Shown: one piece after another, positions 8,571 to 15,680 of the stretch | Layout: each line of letters begins with the position of its first letter | How positions within the stretch are numbered: position 1 is the stretch's first letter | Made by a program: the position numbers and the translations under genes | Notes under the pieces: generated by a model | The model's input: only the letters and a program-made list of their open reading frames with translations | Databases searched by the model: none | Told to the model about the DNA's origin: nothing | From: a candidate division WOR-3 bacterium | GTDB taxonomy: Bacteria > Hydrothermota > Hydrothermia > JBDRYB01 | Length of the DNA stretch: 21,633 nt | Assembly: GCA_049969615.1 (NCBI GenBank) | Contig: JBMFOM010000022.1 | Location: 1-21,633, forward strand | Direction of reading: 5' to 3'

Positions 8571-8768
8571 GGGACCCCATGCTGTATGGAAGGGCCTAAC
8601 CTATTTGCCCATAAAACGATCTCTGTGGCGCCGGATAGGCAATCCTCAGCGATTACCCGCTAATTGTCACGGGATTTTTCAGGGGTCCCTCTTAGAACCC
8701 TCTTCTCTTGGACAGAGTGGTTATGACTCAAACCAGCAAGTTATCGTTACTTTATCAGGGGCCTTCAA

Positions 8769-9737
8769 CTAATAGATCAGGCACCCTCCCATGCTACCCG
8801 TGCTTGTGCCTCCCCCGCAACAGCCTGGCGAGGCCGATGAGTGCCAGACCAGGCCCAGGGATATGTGGATACCCTGGGGATACTTGTCCGTGAGCGGATT
8901 CTTGCCGAAGAGATAACCATATTTCACCTCAAAGAAAGGCCTGAAATCATACTGCCGGAGGAAGACCACGCCCGCGTCCACATAGGCGCCCCAGCCGTAT
9001 ATGTTGTTCCAAGGATCATAGACCATCTGGCTATCCAGCACATTAAGCAGGTTAAGTCCACCGCCAAACCCAAGATATGGCGAGACCGTGGAGACGCCCA
9101 TGGGTAGCCAGTTCAGGGATATGATGGATAAGGGGAGCATGACCACCCCATCTCCGCCATATATGCCAGTGGCCCACTGACCCATAAAATTAGGCGTCTC
9201 ATAATTGAAGGTCAGCATCCCTCCGTATATGAGGCCAACATCCTTTCCATAACTGCCCATCAGTGGAGTGACAGAGCCGAAGGTCGCGCCCACGGATGTG
9301 TAGCTCTGGCGCTTGGGGCGCATTCCGGTCTCCTCAAGGATGGCCTTGGTCGCGAGCTCCTGCGGTTTCTTACCGGTCTTCAGGCTCAGACAGAGCATGT
9401 CTATGCCGAAGCCCATGTCATCGTATGACGCGACCTGGTATTTCTCGTCAAAGATAGACACCCCCGTGGCCAGCCGCTCAATCCTTATCCTTATGGATAT
9501 CTGGTTCCCCAGCTGGGTTGCGGAGCCTCTTGCCACAAAATCAACGCCCATGCCCTCAAGGGCCTTTTTATCCTTCTCTGTGGTCTTTATGATGTTGTAT
9601 CCTGCTACCGCGGCCAGCGAACCACGCAGGAGCTCCGCCGCAACCGGGGCCAGGGATGTGTCAGCGCCTATTACCTGGAATTTCTCAACAACTATGTTGT
9701 TCGCGGAAAAGAGGAACGCGAGCGTTATCGTTGTCAT
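8769..9737 (-). CDS. Putative outer-membrane protein: N-terminal alpha/beta (CsgG/TolB-N-like) domain plus C-terminal beta-barrel; paralogue 2
   Basis: N-terminal IVVEKFQVIG...ELLRGSLA...DFVARGSATQLGNQISIRIRI. C-terminal alternating hydrophobic strands with SPYLGFGGG, YVDAGVVF, FFEVKYGY, ISLGLVW. Co-linear similarity to the adjacent gene. Confidence 0.7.
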   Translation of the reverse strand: MTTITLAFLFSANNIVVEKFQVIGADTSLAPVAAELLRGSLAAVAGYNIIKTTEKDKKALEGMGVDFVARGSATQLGNQISIRIRIERLATGVSIFDEKYQVASYDDMGFGIDMLCLSLKTGKKPQELATKAILEETGMRPKRQSYTSVGATFGSVTPLMGSYGKDVGLIYGGMLTFNYETPNFMGQWATGIYGGDGVVMLPLSIISLNWLPMGVSTVSPYLGFGGGLNLLNVLDSQMVYDPWNNIYGWGAYVDAGVVFLRQYDFRPFFEVKYGYLFGKNPLTDKYPQGIHISLGLVWHSSASPGCCGGGTSTGSMGGCLIY

Positions 9738-9738
9738 C

Positions 9739-10644
9739 TCAGAACTCTCCTGTCTGGTATGAAAAGCCTATGGATGGCGTCAGGCCGTTGGGATTATCCC
9801 TGCCGAGCAGGAACGCGTAGCGGACATCAACGATGAGCCTGACCTCGTATGTCCGGAAGAACACCATGCCGAAACCCGGCTCAAATATCCACCCGTGGGA
9901 ATTCTTCAGTGTGTCGCCCCCCCATGAATTCAGGAAAGCGAACCCGGCTCCCATGCCTATGTATGGCGAGAAATCAGAGAGGCCCATTGGTATGTAGTTG
10001 GCCTTGAGGCTAGCTATGTTCCAGAGAAGGGCATTCTCGCTGACATAAAGCCCTGTCCCGAGCTGAAAAGAGGCCCTGGGTATCTCAAAGTTAGCGCTAA
10101 TACAGCCTCCGTTCAGCGGCACCTTGTTGGTGAGGCCGGCGAACGGTATGAGCGAACCCATCGTGAGGCCCGTGGTCACATAGGAGCTCTTTGCACCGGT
10201 TATACCCTTCTCGGAGAGCCTTTTCTCCTCCAGCACGACCCTTGCCTTCTGGCCCGTTTTCGTGGCTTTGGCGATGGCCTCAAGTCCCTCGGATATCTCA
10301 TCCTCGGACGCGAGGATGAGTTTGTCCTGATAGACCACAGCCCCATCGGTTCTCAGAAGGGAGCACCAAAGCACTATGTTATTGCCCATCCGTGTGAGCG
10401 AACCGGTGAACAACATGTTTGCCCCGGCCTCCTCGGCCCTGATCAGAGCGTTGTAGCGGTCAGCCTCGCTTATACCCTCCACCTCAACTACAGAGTATCC
10501 CTCGGACGCGAGAATTCCACCAGCCAGCTCGGTCGTGGCCCTGGCAGTCGCCTCGTCAAGGCTGATGGCCTGGAAACTGGCCACGGCAACGCGTTGCGCC
10601 GCCAGGGGCACAATCACCACCATCGTGGAGAGAATTAACCTCAT
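9739..10644 (-). CDS. Putative outer-membrane protein: N-terminal alpha/beta (CsgG/TolB-N-like) domain plus C-terminal beta-barrel; paralogue 1
   Basis: Signal-like MRLILSTMVVIVPLAAQ; RVAVASFQ...GANMLFTGSLTRMGN; barrel strands SPYIGMGAG, IFEPGFGMVF, IVDVRYAF, SIGFSY; C-terminal Phe. GGAGGAG Shine-Dalgarno upstream. Confidence 0.72.
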   Translation of the reverse strand: MRLILSTMVVIVPLAAQRVAVASFQAISLDEATARATTELAGGILASEGYSVVEVEGISEADRYNALIRAEEAGANMLFTGSLTRMGNNIVLWCSLLRTDGAVVYQDKLILASEDEISEGLEAIAKATKTGQKARVVLEEKRLSEKGITGAKSSYVTTGLTMGSLIPFAGLTNKVPLNGGCISANFEIPRASFQLGTGLYVSENALLWNIASLKANYIPMGLSDFSPYIGMGAGFAFLNSWGGDTLKNSHGWIFEPGFGMVFFRTYEVRLIVDVRYAFLLGRDNPNGLTPSIGFSYQTGEF

Positions 10645-10676
10645 ATTCTCCTCCCATAAAGAGATGTTCTGGAGAA

Positions 10677-10705
10677 ATTATAACTCACTTCCCGCGCAGG
10701 ATCAA
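10677..10705 (-). promoter_or_regulatory. Putative sigma70 promoter for the tandem barrel genes
   Basis: Minus strand TTGATC, 17 nt, TATAAT, about 30 nt before the ATG at 10644. Confidence 0.6.
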
Positions 10706-10841
10706 TTATTTGTGTATCTGGGGAGACCAGACAGATCTGAGGCAGAGCCTGTCTCACAATACGATTTTTTGACGCGCCTCAATTCTAAGAATGAGGCCCG
10801 GAGCGGATATTATCTGAGGCAGCTTTTCAATAACCCTATTC

Positions 10842-10978
10842 ATGGGACAGGTTCTTTGCCCTCTGGGTTGACCCGGATGAGCTTGGCCTCGCCTGGCCTG
10901 GCGTGAACACAGGGCTTCCAGGCATTTTTGGCCGAAAATAGGGCCTCCGGGGAACCTGACAAAGAGACCCTGTCCCAT
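10842..10978. repeat. Imperfect inverted repeat pair bounding about 137 bp
   Basis: ATGGGACAGGTTCTTTG (10842-10858) versus CAAAGAGACCCTGTCCCAT (10960-10978; reverse complement ATGGGACAGGGTCTCTTTG). The outer 10 bp pair perfectly. Confidence 0.55.
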
Positions 10979-11034
10979 ACAAATGGCACCAGGATTGCAT
11001 GAGAGCAATTTCACCCTGCAGCTTGACAGAGCGC

Positions 11035-11063
11035 TTGCACAGCCCCCCCCCGTGCCATATAAT
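11035..11063 (+). promoter_or_regulatory. Putative sigma70 promoter
   Basis: TTGCAC (11035-11040), 17-nt spacer containing a C9 run, TATAAT (11058-11063). Confidence 0.65.
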
Positions 11064-11254
11064 GTTCGGGGCGAACAAGCTGGAGGTTAAAGGATGCTCT
11101 GGTTAGGTATTATGGGAGCGTTTGAGATAGGCCTGGGTGGGGAGGAGGTTTAGACTATGAAAGAACAAGGAGCCAAAAGGAGTTTAAGATAAAATGAAAA
11201 AGGCTGGACGGATGATCTGGTAAGGGGATGAGAAGAACCATAAGGTAAAAGCGC

Positions 11255-12232
11255 ATGAAAAGGATAAGCCTTTTTGCTGGCCTGGTGCTGGTCGGGGAAC
11301 TCCAATTGGAGCTCCCGGAGGGTTTCAGGATAATCTGGTTGACGGCCAATGGAGGCGATTACATATACGGGATGGCGGACAGCTCCAAGATCACCTACCT
11401 TATGAAGTGGTCTGCTGACGGGCATCTCCTAAAAAAGAGCCTCTCGGAGGCTTGTTGTGGCTACCTGTGCCTGACAAAGGACTACCTGGTTGTTAGCGAG
11501 GCGACCACATCCCGGCTCACCCTTTTCACTACGGATCTTGATTATATCAAGGAGATAATCCTTGAGACCAAGTGTCCGCCACCTCGCATGAGCATAGCCC
11601 ACAAGCACGTGTATCCCCTTGAGGACGGGTTCCTCTTGGTGATCGGGAAATATCTGGCAGGGGACACCCCTACGGTGGCCACTATCTGGGACACCAGTGG
11701 AAAATTTCTCAGAACCTTCATACTCCCTGATGCCCAGTGGGCAAAGTCCCAGCCTTTTGGGAGTTCCCCTATAGCTTGCAGAGCTAACGGAGACACGGTT
11801 CTGGCGGTTGACCTTTTTCCATTCAATCTCTACCTGATTTCCATCAAGGGTAGACCCGAGCTTCTGGACAGCTTCACCATTAGAATAAAGGGGCGTAAGA
11901 ACTTTTCAAGCCCGCAGGGCGAGTCGGCCGAGGAGTATGAACCCTTCATCAGTTGGATGGAGAAGGAATGCGCAGACAACCATCCTATTCTGGGCGGTTA
12001 TTCCTATTGCCTGAATAACGGTAAGGCTGTTTTCAAGTTCACACAATGCGCGAGCGTTGCGGACATAAACATGTCCCCTTGTTTGGGGATTTACGATCTG
12101 GCAAAGAAAAAGGTCATCTGGACCAAGGATTGGGACGCTGGTGTTCTTGGCGGCATAAGGGGCGACACGGTTCTCCTGACCCAAAAGGGTGAGATGGAAA
12201 ACGGAAGACTCCAGAAAGCGGTAGTCAAATAG
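11255..12232 (+). CDS. Hypothetical exported protein, probable beta-propeller (6-bladed/NHL-like), Cys-rich
   Basis: Blade-like segments KWSADGHLLK, LVVSEATTSRLTLFTTDLDYIKEI, IWDTSGKFLRTF and GIYDLAKKKVIW. Short hydrophobic N-terminus; 9 Cys. Confidence 0.65.
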   Translation: MKRISLFAGLVLVGELQLELPEGFRIIWLTANGGDYIYGMADSSKITYLMKWSADGHLLKKSLSEACCGYLCLTKDYLVVSEATTSRLTLFTTDLDYIKEIILETKCPPPRMSIAHKHVYPLEDGFLLVIGKYLAGDTPTVATIWDTSGKFLRTFILPDAQWAKSQPFGSSPIACRANGDTVLAVDLFPFNLYLISIKGRPELLDSFTIRIKGRKNFSSPQGESAEEYEPFISWMEKECADNHPILGGYSYCLNNGKAVFKFTQCASVADINMSPCLGIYDLAKKKVIWTKDWDAGVLGGIRGDTVLLTQKGEMENGRLQKAVVK

Positions 12233-12276
12233 CGGGTCAGGCCAGGAAACTGCTTCGTGGGCCCCTGGCCCCTGGG

Positions 12277-13191
12277 TTAGAAATTTATCCTCCTGGACAC
12301 GATATAAAGTGGCCTTGCCCTTACCTCATCGTATATCCTGCCCAGGTATTCGCCGATGACGCCCAGGACGAGGAGCTGAATGCCCCCGATAAACAGAACC
12401 AGCACAGCAAGGGAAGCCCAGCCGGGGATAGCCCAACCCAGGATCTTCACGACGATAACCCATATTATGCCCACGAAGGCCAGGAATGCAGACGCCAGAC
12501 CAAGCCATGTGGCGAGCTGAAGGGGCCGATAGGAAAAGGATGTTATGCCGTCCCACGCGAACCTGATCATCCTGCCCAGGGTGTATTTCGTCTGGCCCGC
12601 GACCCTGTCGCCCCTTTCGTATGGCACGCCCGTTGACCTGAAACCAGTCCAGGCCGTGAATATCCTGAGCATCCTGTGATGTTCCTTAAGCCCCTTGATC
12701 TGGTCAGCCAAAGCCCTGTCCATGAGCCTGAAGTCCCCGGAGTCCTGTGGCACATCAACGCCTGAGATCGCCTTCATCAACCAGTAAAAAATCCTCGCGG
12801 TAAGGCTCTTGAAGGGAGTGTCCCTGCCACGGGAGACCCTATAACCATAGACCAGTTGAAAACCCTCCCTCCATTTCTCAATCATCTGCGGGATGATTTC
12901 CGGTGGGTCTTGGAGGTCTGCATCCATGGTGATCACGCAATCCCCGGAGGTATGCTCTATTCCAGCGGAGATCGCGGCCTGATGGCCAAAATTCCTGCTG
13001 AATGAAAGGACCTTCACTGAGGGATTATCAACGGCATATTTCTCAAGCTTGGCAAGGGTCATGTCACGTGAACCATCGTCAACAAAGATGATCTCGTGTT
13101 CTCCGAGTGAGATGAGGACGGGCAATAGCCTTGCCATGAGGGCATCAATGACGGGTTCCTCGTTGTGGCAGGGAATGACGACGGAAATCAA
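12277..13191 (-). CDS. GT2 polyprenol-phosphate glycosyltransferase (GtrB/YkoT-like)
   Basis: ISVVIPCHNEE, FVDDGSRD, SRNFGHQAA, TMDADLQDPPE, GDFRLMDR, two C-terminal TM helices, GEYLGRIYDEVRARPLYIV. Confidence 0.95.
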   Translation of the reverse strand: MISVVIPCHNEEPVIDALMARLLPVLISLGEHEIIFVDDGSRDMTLAKLEKYAVDNPSVKVLSFSRNFGHQAAISAGIEHTSGDCVITMDADLQDPPEIIPQMIEKWREGFQLVYGYRVSRGRDTPFKSLTARIFYWLMKAISGVDVPQDSGDFRLMDRALADQIKGLKEHHRMLRIFTAWTGFRSTGVPYERGDRVAGQTKYTLGRMIRFAWDGITSFSYRPLQLATWLGLASAFLAFVGIIWVIVVKILGWAIPGWASLAVLVLFIGGIQLLVLGVIGEYLGRIYDEVRARPLYIVSRRINF

Positions 13192-14693
13192 GGTTTCACC
13201 TCCAGTTTCATGTTAAGGTAATTGAATTGGCGCGGCTCGCCCACCGGAGCCAAATAGCCAATTGCGCCACGTTTTTCCAGGACGGAGCCGTCGGGGAACC
13301 AAGCTCTGAGCGAATCCAGGGCATCCGGCCCCGCGCTGTGAAACAAGAAGAGGAGCTCCTTGCCCGGTATTACGGCCGCGGGTTCAGAACCGCGGGCCAG
13401 GTATTCTTTCTCTGTCCAACGAAACCTCACGATGTCCCGTGTGTCCTTCCTAAAGGCCAGGAGATAAAAGTCCCTCTGTGGAAAGTAAAATGAGTAGAAA
13501 CGATGATATTCTCCACGAAAGGCCGGCTTCCTGACTGTGTTGTCCGACCAGATGACCAGGGTAGCTTCAGGGTGCTCGCTAACCATTTCAATCTGTGACC
13601 TCCTCGCGGAGTCAGGCCTCAGAATGAAGCGTGGATAGACGAAACCCAAGAAAACAGCGCAGGAGACCACCGCGAGGCTCGCGGGGAGCCACGGGCTCCT
13701 GAACGCGGCCGCGACCAGCGCTTCTGCAATGACTATAGCCCCCAGAAAAAGGAACATGTGTCCGGGGTTGGTGAAATGGATCAGGGCAAAGAACAGAACG
13801 GATGGGATGACCCAGAGCATCAGGAGGATGATGTCATCCTTGCCAAGCGTTGCTCTCGTGGGCCTGAACTTCCATGGGATCAGCAAGAGTATTGCTCCTG
13901 CAGGGCCTAGGGCGAGGAGCGTAAAAAGGCACAACAGGATGACCATCCTCAGATGGTTCTTTAGGGGCGCGCCAAAAAACAGGCTGGTGTCCCTCGCGGA
14001 ACCAATGAGCTGGCCCGCGGGCGAACCCTCTGGGGAAAGCAGATAAAGTGGCACCGACCACGCGAATATCCCCACTGCCATGCCAAGCGCTCCCCAGAGC
14101 AGAAACGCTATGTTCTCCCTCCCGGCACGCCAGAAAGCATATCCCCAAAGGGGCGCCAGAAGAAACAGGTCGCTCTGACGAAGGCCCCCAACCAGGCCTA
14201 TGGCAAGGCCAACGAGGATCGCGTGCATTGGTCGTAGGGACGCTCTATATCTGACCATGAACCAGGAGACAAACGCCACGAGGATACCCCCAAAAGCCCC
14301 AGCAGAATATACCAGCGCGACCTCTCCGTGGAGCCAGAAATCGGGGTTCAGGGCGAGGAAGACCCCGGCCCACAATCCAACCTTCTCCCCGAAGAACTTT
14401 CTGCCAAAGAGGTAAATGAGGCCAACCGCGATGCCAGAAAACAGGACCGAGGCGGAGACCAGAGCAAGGTTGGCATCGCCCAGGAGGAAATGAAAGGCCT
14501 TTGCCACCCCCATGAAGATGATGTAGCCCGGAGGGTGCGGCTGGTGTTTAGCGAGGTTGAATTCATAGAGTCCCAACGCCATGTTCCCGGAGTCAAAGTG
14601 CCAGAGATACCGGCTGAGGAACGGAACCCTACTGATCCAAGTCAGGAGGGCGAAAAGCCCGGCATACAGCCAGGCGCGGACTGGGGGCCTCAT
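13188..14693 (-). CDS. GT-C-fold integral membrane glycosyltransferase (PMT/ArnT/DUF2723-like)
   Basis: About 10-12 hydrophobic segments; first loop WHFDSGNMALGLYEFNLAKHQPHPPGY; LALNPDFW; soluble C-terminal tail. ATG at 14693 preferred over the track start at 14774. 4-nt overlap with the GT2 gene. Confidence 0.8.
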   Translation of the reverse strand: MRPPVRAWLYAGLFALLTWISRVPFLSRYLWHFDSGNMALGLYEFNLAKHQPHPPGYIIFMGVAKAFHFLLGDANLALVSASVLFSGIAVGLIYLFGRKFFGEKVGLWAGVFLALNPDFWLHGEVALVYSAGAFGGILVAFVSWFMVRYRASLRPMHAILVGLAIGLVGGLRQSDLFLLAPLWGYAFWRAGRENIAFLLWGALGMAVGIFAWSVPLYLLSPEGSPAGQLIGSARDTSLFFGAPLKNHLRMVILLCLFTLLALGPAGAILLLIPWKFRPTRATLGKDDIILLMLWVIPSVLFFALIHFTNPGHMFLFLGAIVIAEALVAAAFRSPWLPASLAVVSCAVFLGFVYPRFILRPDSARRSQIEMVSEHPEATLVIWSDNTVRKPAFRGEYHRFYSFYFPQRDFYLLAFRKDTRDIVRFRWTEKEYLARGSEPAAVIPGKELLFLFHSAGPDALDSLRAWFPDGSVLEKRGAIGYLAPVGEPRQFNYLNMKLEVKP

Positions 14694-14851
14694 CGCGGGG
14701 TCCTCGCTTTCTTGAGGGCTTCCTCCGCGACACGAACGCCAGCCGTGTCCCCTTTTGCCTTGAACCCTTTGCACTGCTATTATTATGGTGTATTCGCCCT
14801 TGATATCTCAACCCTCCGCGGATTTAGGATGAGGCATTTGGTTCCATAATG

Positions 14852-14881
14852 TTGCGGCCCAACGCGCAATTGCGGTAAAAT
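14852..14881 (+). promoter_or_regulatory. Putative promoter for the tRNA pair
   Basis: TTGCGG, 18 nt, TAAAAT, ending 8 nt before tRNA-Ala. Confidence 0.4.
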
Positions 14882-14889
14882 TTGTGCCT

Positions 14890-14962
14890 GGGGCCGTAGC
14901 TCAGCTGGGAGAGCGCTGGAATCGCACTCCAGAGGCCAGGGGTTCAAATCCCCTCGGCTCCA
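14890..14962 (+). tRNA. tRNA-Ala(CGC)
   Basis: Acceptor stem GGGGCCG/CGGCTCC with G3:U70 and discriminator A; D arm GCTC-AGCTGGGA-GAGC; anticodon arm CTGGA-ATCGCAC-TCCAG; T loop TTCAAAT. CCA not encoded. Confidence 0.97.
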
Positions 14963-14965
14963 TTT

Positions 14966-15038
14966 GCGGCGGTAGCTCAGCTGGTAGAGCATCAGCTTCC
15001 CAAGCTGAGGGTCGCGGGTTCAAATCCCGTCCGCCGCT
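14966..15038 (+). tRNA. tRNA-Gly(CCC)
   Basis: Acceptor stem GCGGCGG/CCGCCGC with discriminator U; anticodon arm TCAGC-TTCCCAA-GCTGA; T loop TTCAAAT. CCA not encoded. Confidence 0.97.
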
Positions 15039-15056
15039 TTTTTGTGTTTAGCTAAC

Positions 15057-15617
15057 ATGGGAGCTTTGCTCGTCCTTTTTGCCGCTCAGAATCCCTCCAC
15101 AGATCTGGAATTCCTGGAGGCAGACCTGAAAAAAGCCCTTTCCGGTTTGCCCTGGGATAGTCTCTCGGATACGGTATACCTGGCGGCCGAAGCCCCAAAG
15201 GATCCGTGGTCATGGTTTGTGGAGGAGTGCCTTATCGGTGTGGCTATGGAATCGGACAAGGAAGTCGTGCGTGGACGAGCATCCGGCACCATGATAAGCT
15301 ACAGGGTTGGAGAACTTGGCATCACATACGCCATCCAGAAGGGCCTGTTCCCCTGGTCTGGTAAAAAACTGATCCGGAAATCTAGGTTCCGGATCTATCT
15401 CACCGCGACGGGCGTGGACTCTGTGGTGATATGGAACGAGACCCTTGCTGGAGGCCGGACAGAGGATCTGGACTGGAAATGGAGGCAAGCCATAAGGGTA
15501 AAAGGGCTTTCCCCAGAAATAGACGAGAACCACGGAACGGGCATAGCAGAACCGCTCTTGACGGCCGTGATCCTGGGGGGGCTTCTCTATGTTTTCTACT
15601 CATTTGAGAGCCGGTGA
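15057..15617 (+). CDS. Hypothetical exported protein with C-terminal transmembrane anchor
   Basis: ATG at 15057 (MGALLVLFAAQ); C-terminal AEPLLTAVILGGLLYVFYS hydrophobic helix; fills the gap between the tRNAs and ileS. Confidence 0.7.
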   Translation: MGALLVLFAAQNPSTDLEFLEADLKKALSGLPWDSLSDTVYLAAEAPKDPWSWFVEECLIGVAMESDKEVVRGRASGTMISYRVGELGITYAIQKGLFPWSGKKLIRKSRFRIYLTATGVDSVVIWNETLAGGRTEDLDWKWRQAIRVKGLSPEIDENHGTGIAEPLLTAVILGGLLYVFYSFESR

Positions 15618-15680
15618 TACGGGTTATGAGTGTATTACCATCAAAGATAGGCAAAGAGAAAACACTAACGGATAACTAAG

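Noticed and set aside
10700..11030. Possible tmRNA, RNase P, SRP or 6S RNA
   Set aside because: I found no diagnostic ends or conserved motifs by eye; an Rfam search would be needed.
10535..11078. Track ORFs of 80-123 aa in the divergent intergenic region
   Set aside because: They cross promoters and the inverted repeat, lack ribosome-binding sites and show no protein-family signal.
14694..14810. N-terminal extension of the GT-C ORF and a nearby IKGEYTIIIA segment reminiscent of RsmI
   Set aside because: The extension is low-complexity and hydrophilic; the short motif is bounded by a stop and too brief to support a pseudogene call.
14783..14992. 69-aa minus-strand ORF
   Set aside because: Antisense translation of the tRNA genes.
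11255..15038. tRNA-anchored genomic island or prophage gtr cassette
   Set aside because: The genes lie 5' of the tRNAs, and I saw no integrase, no duplicated tRNA 3' end and no phage genes.
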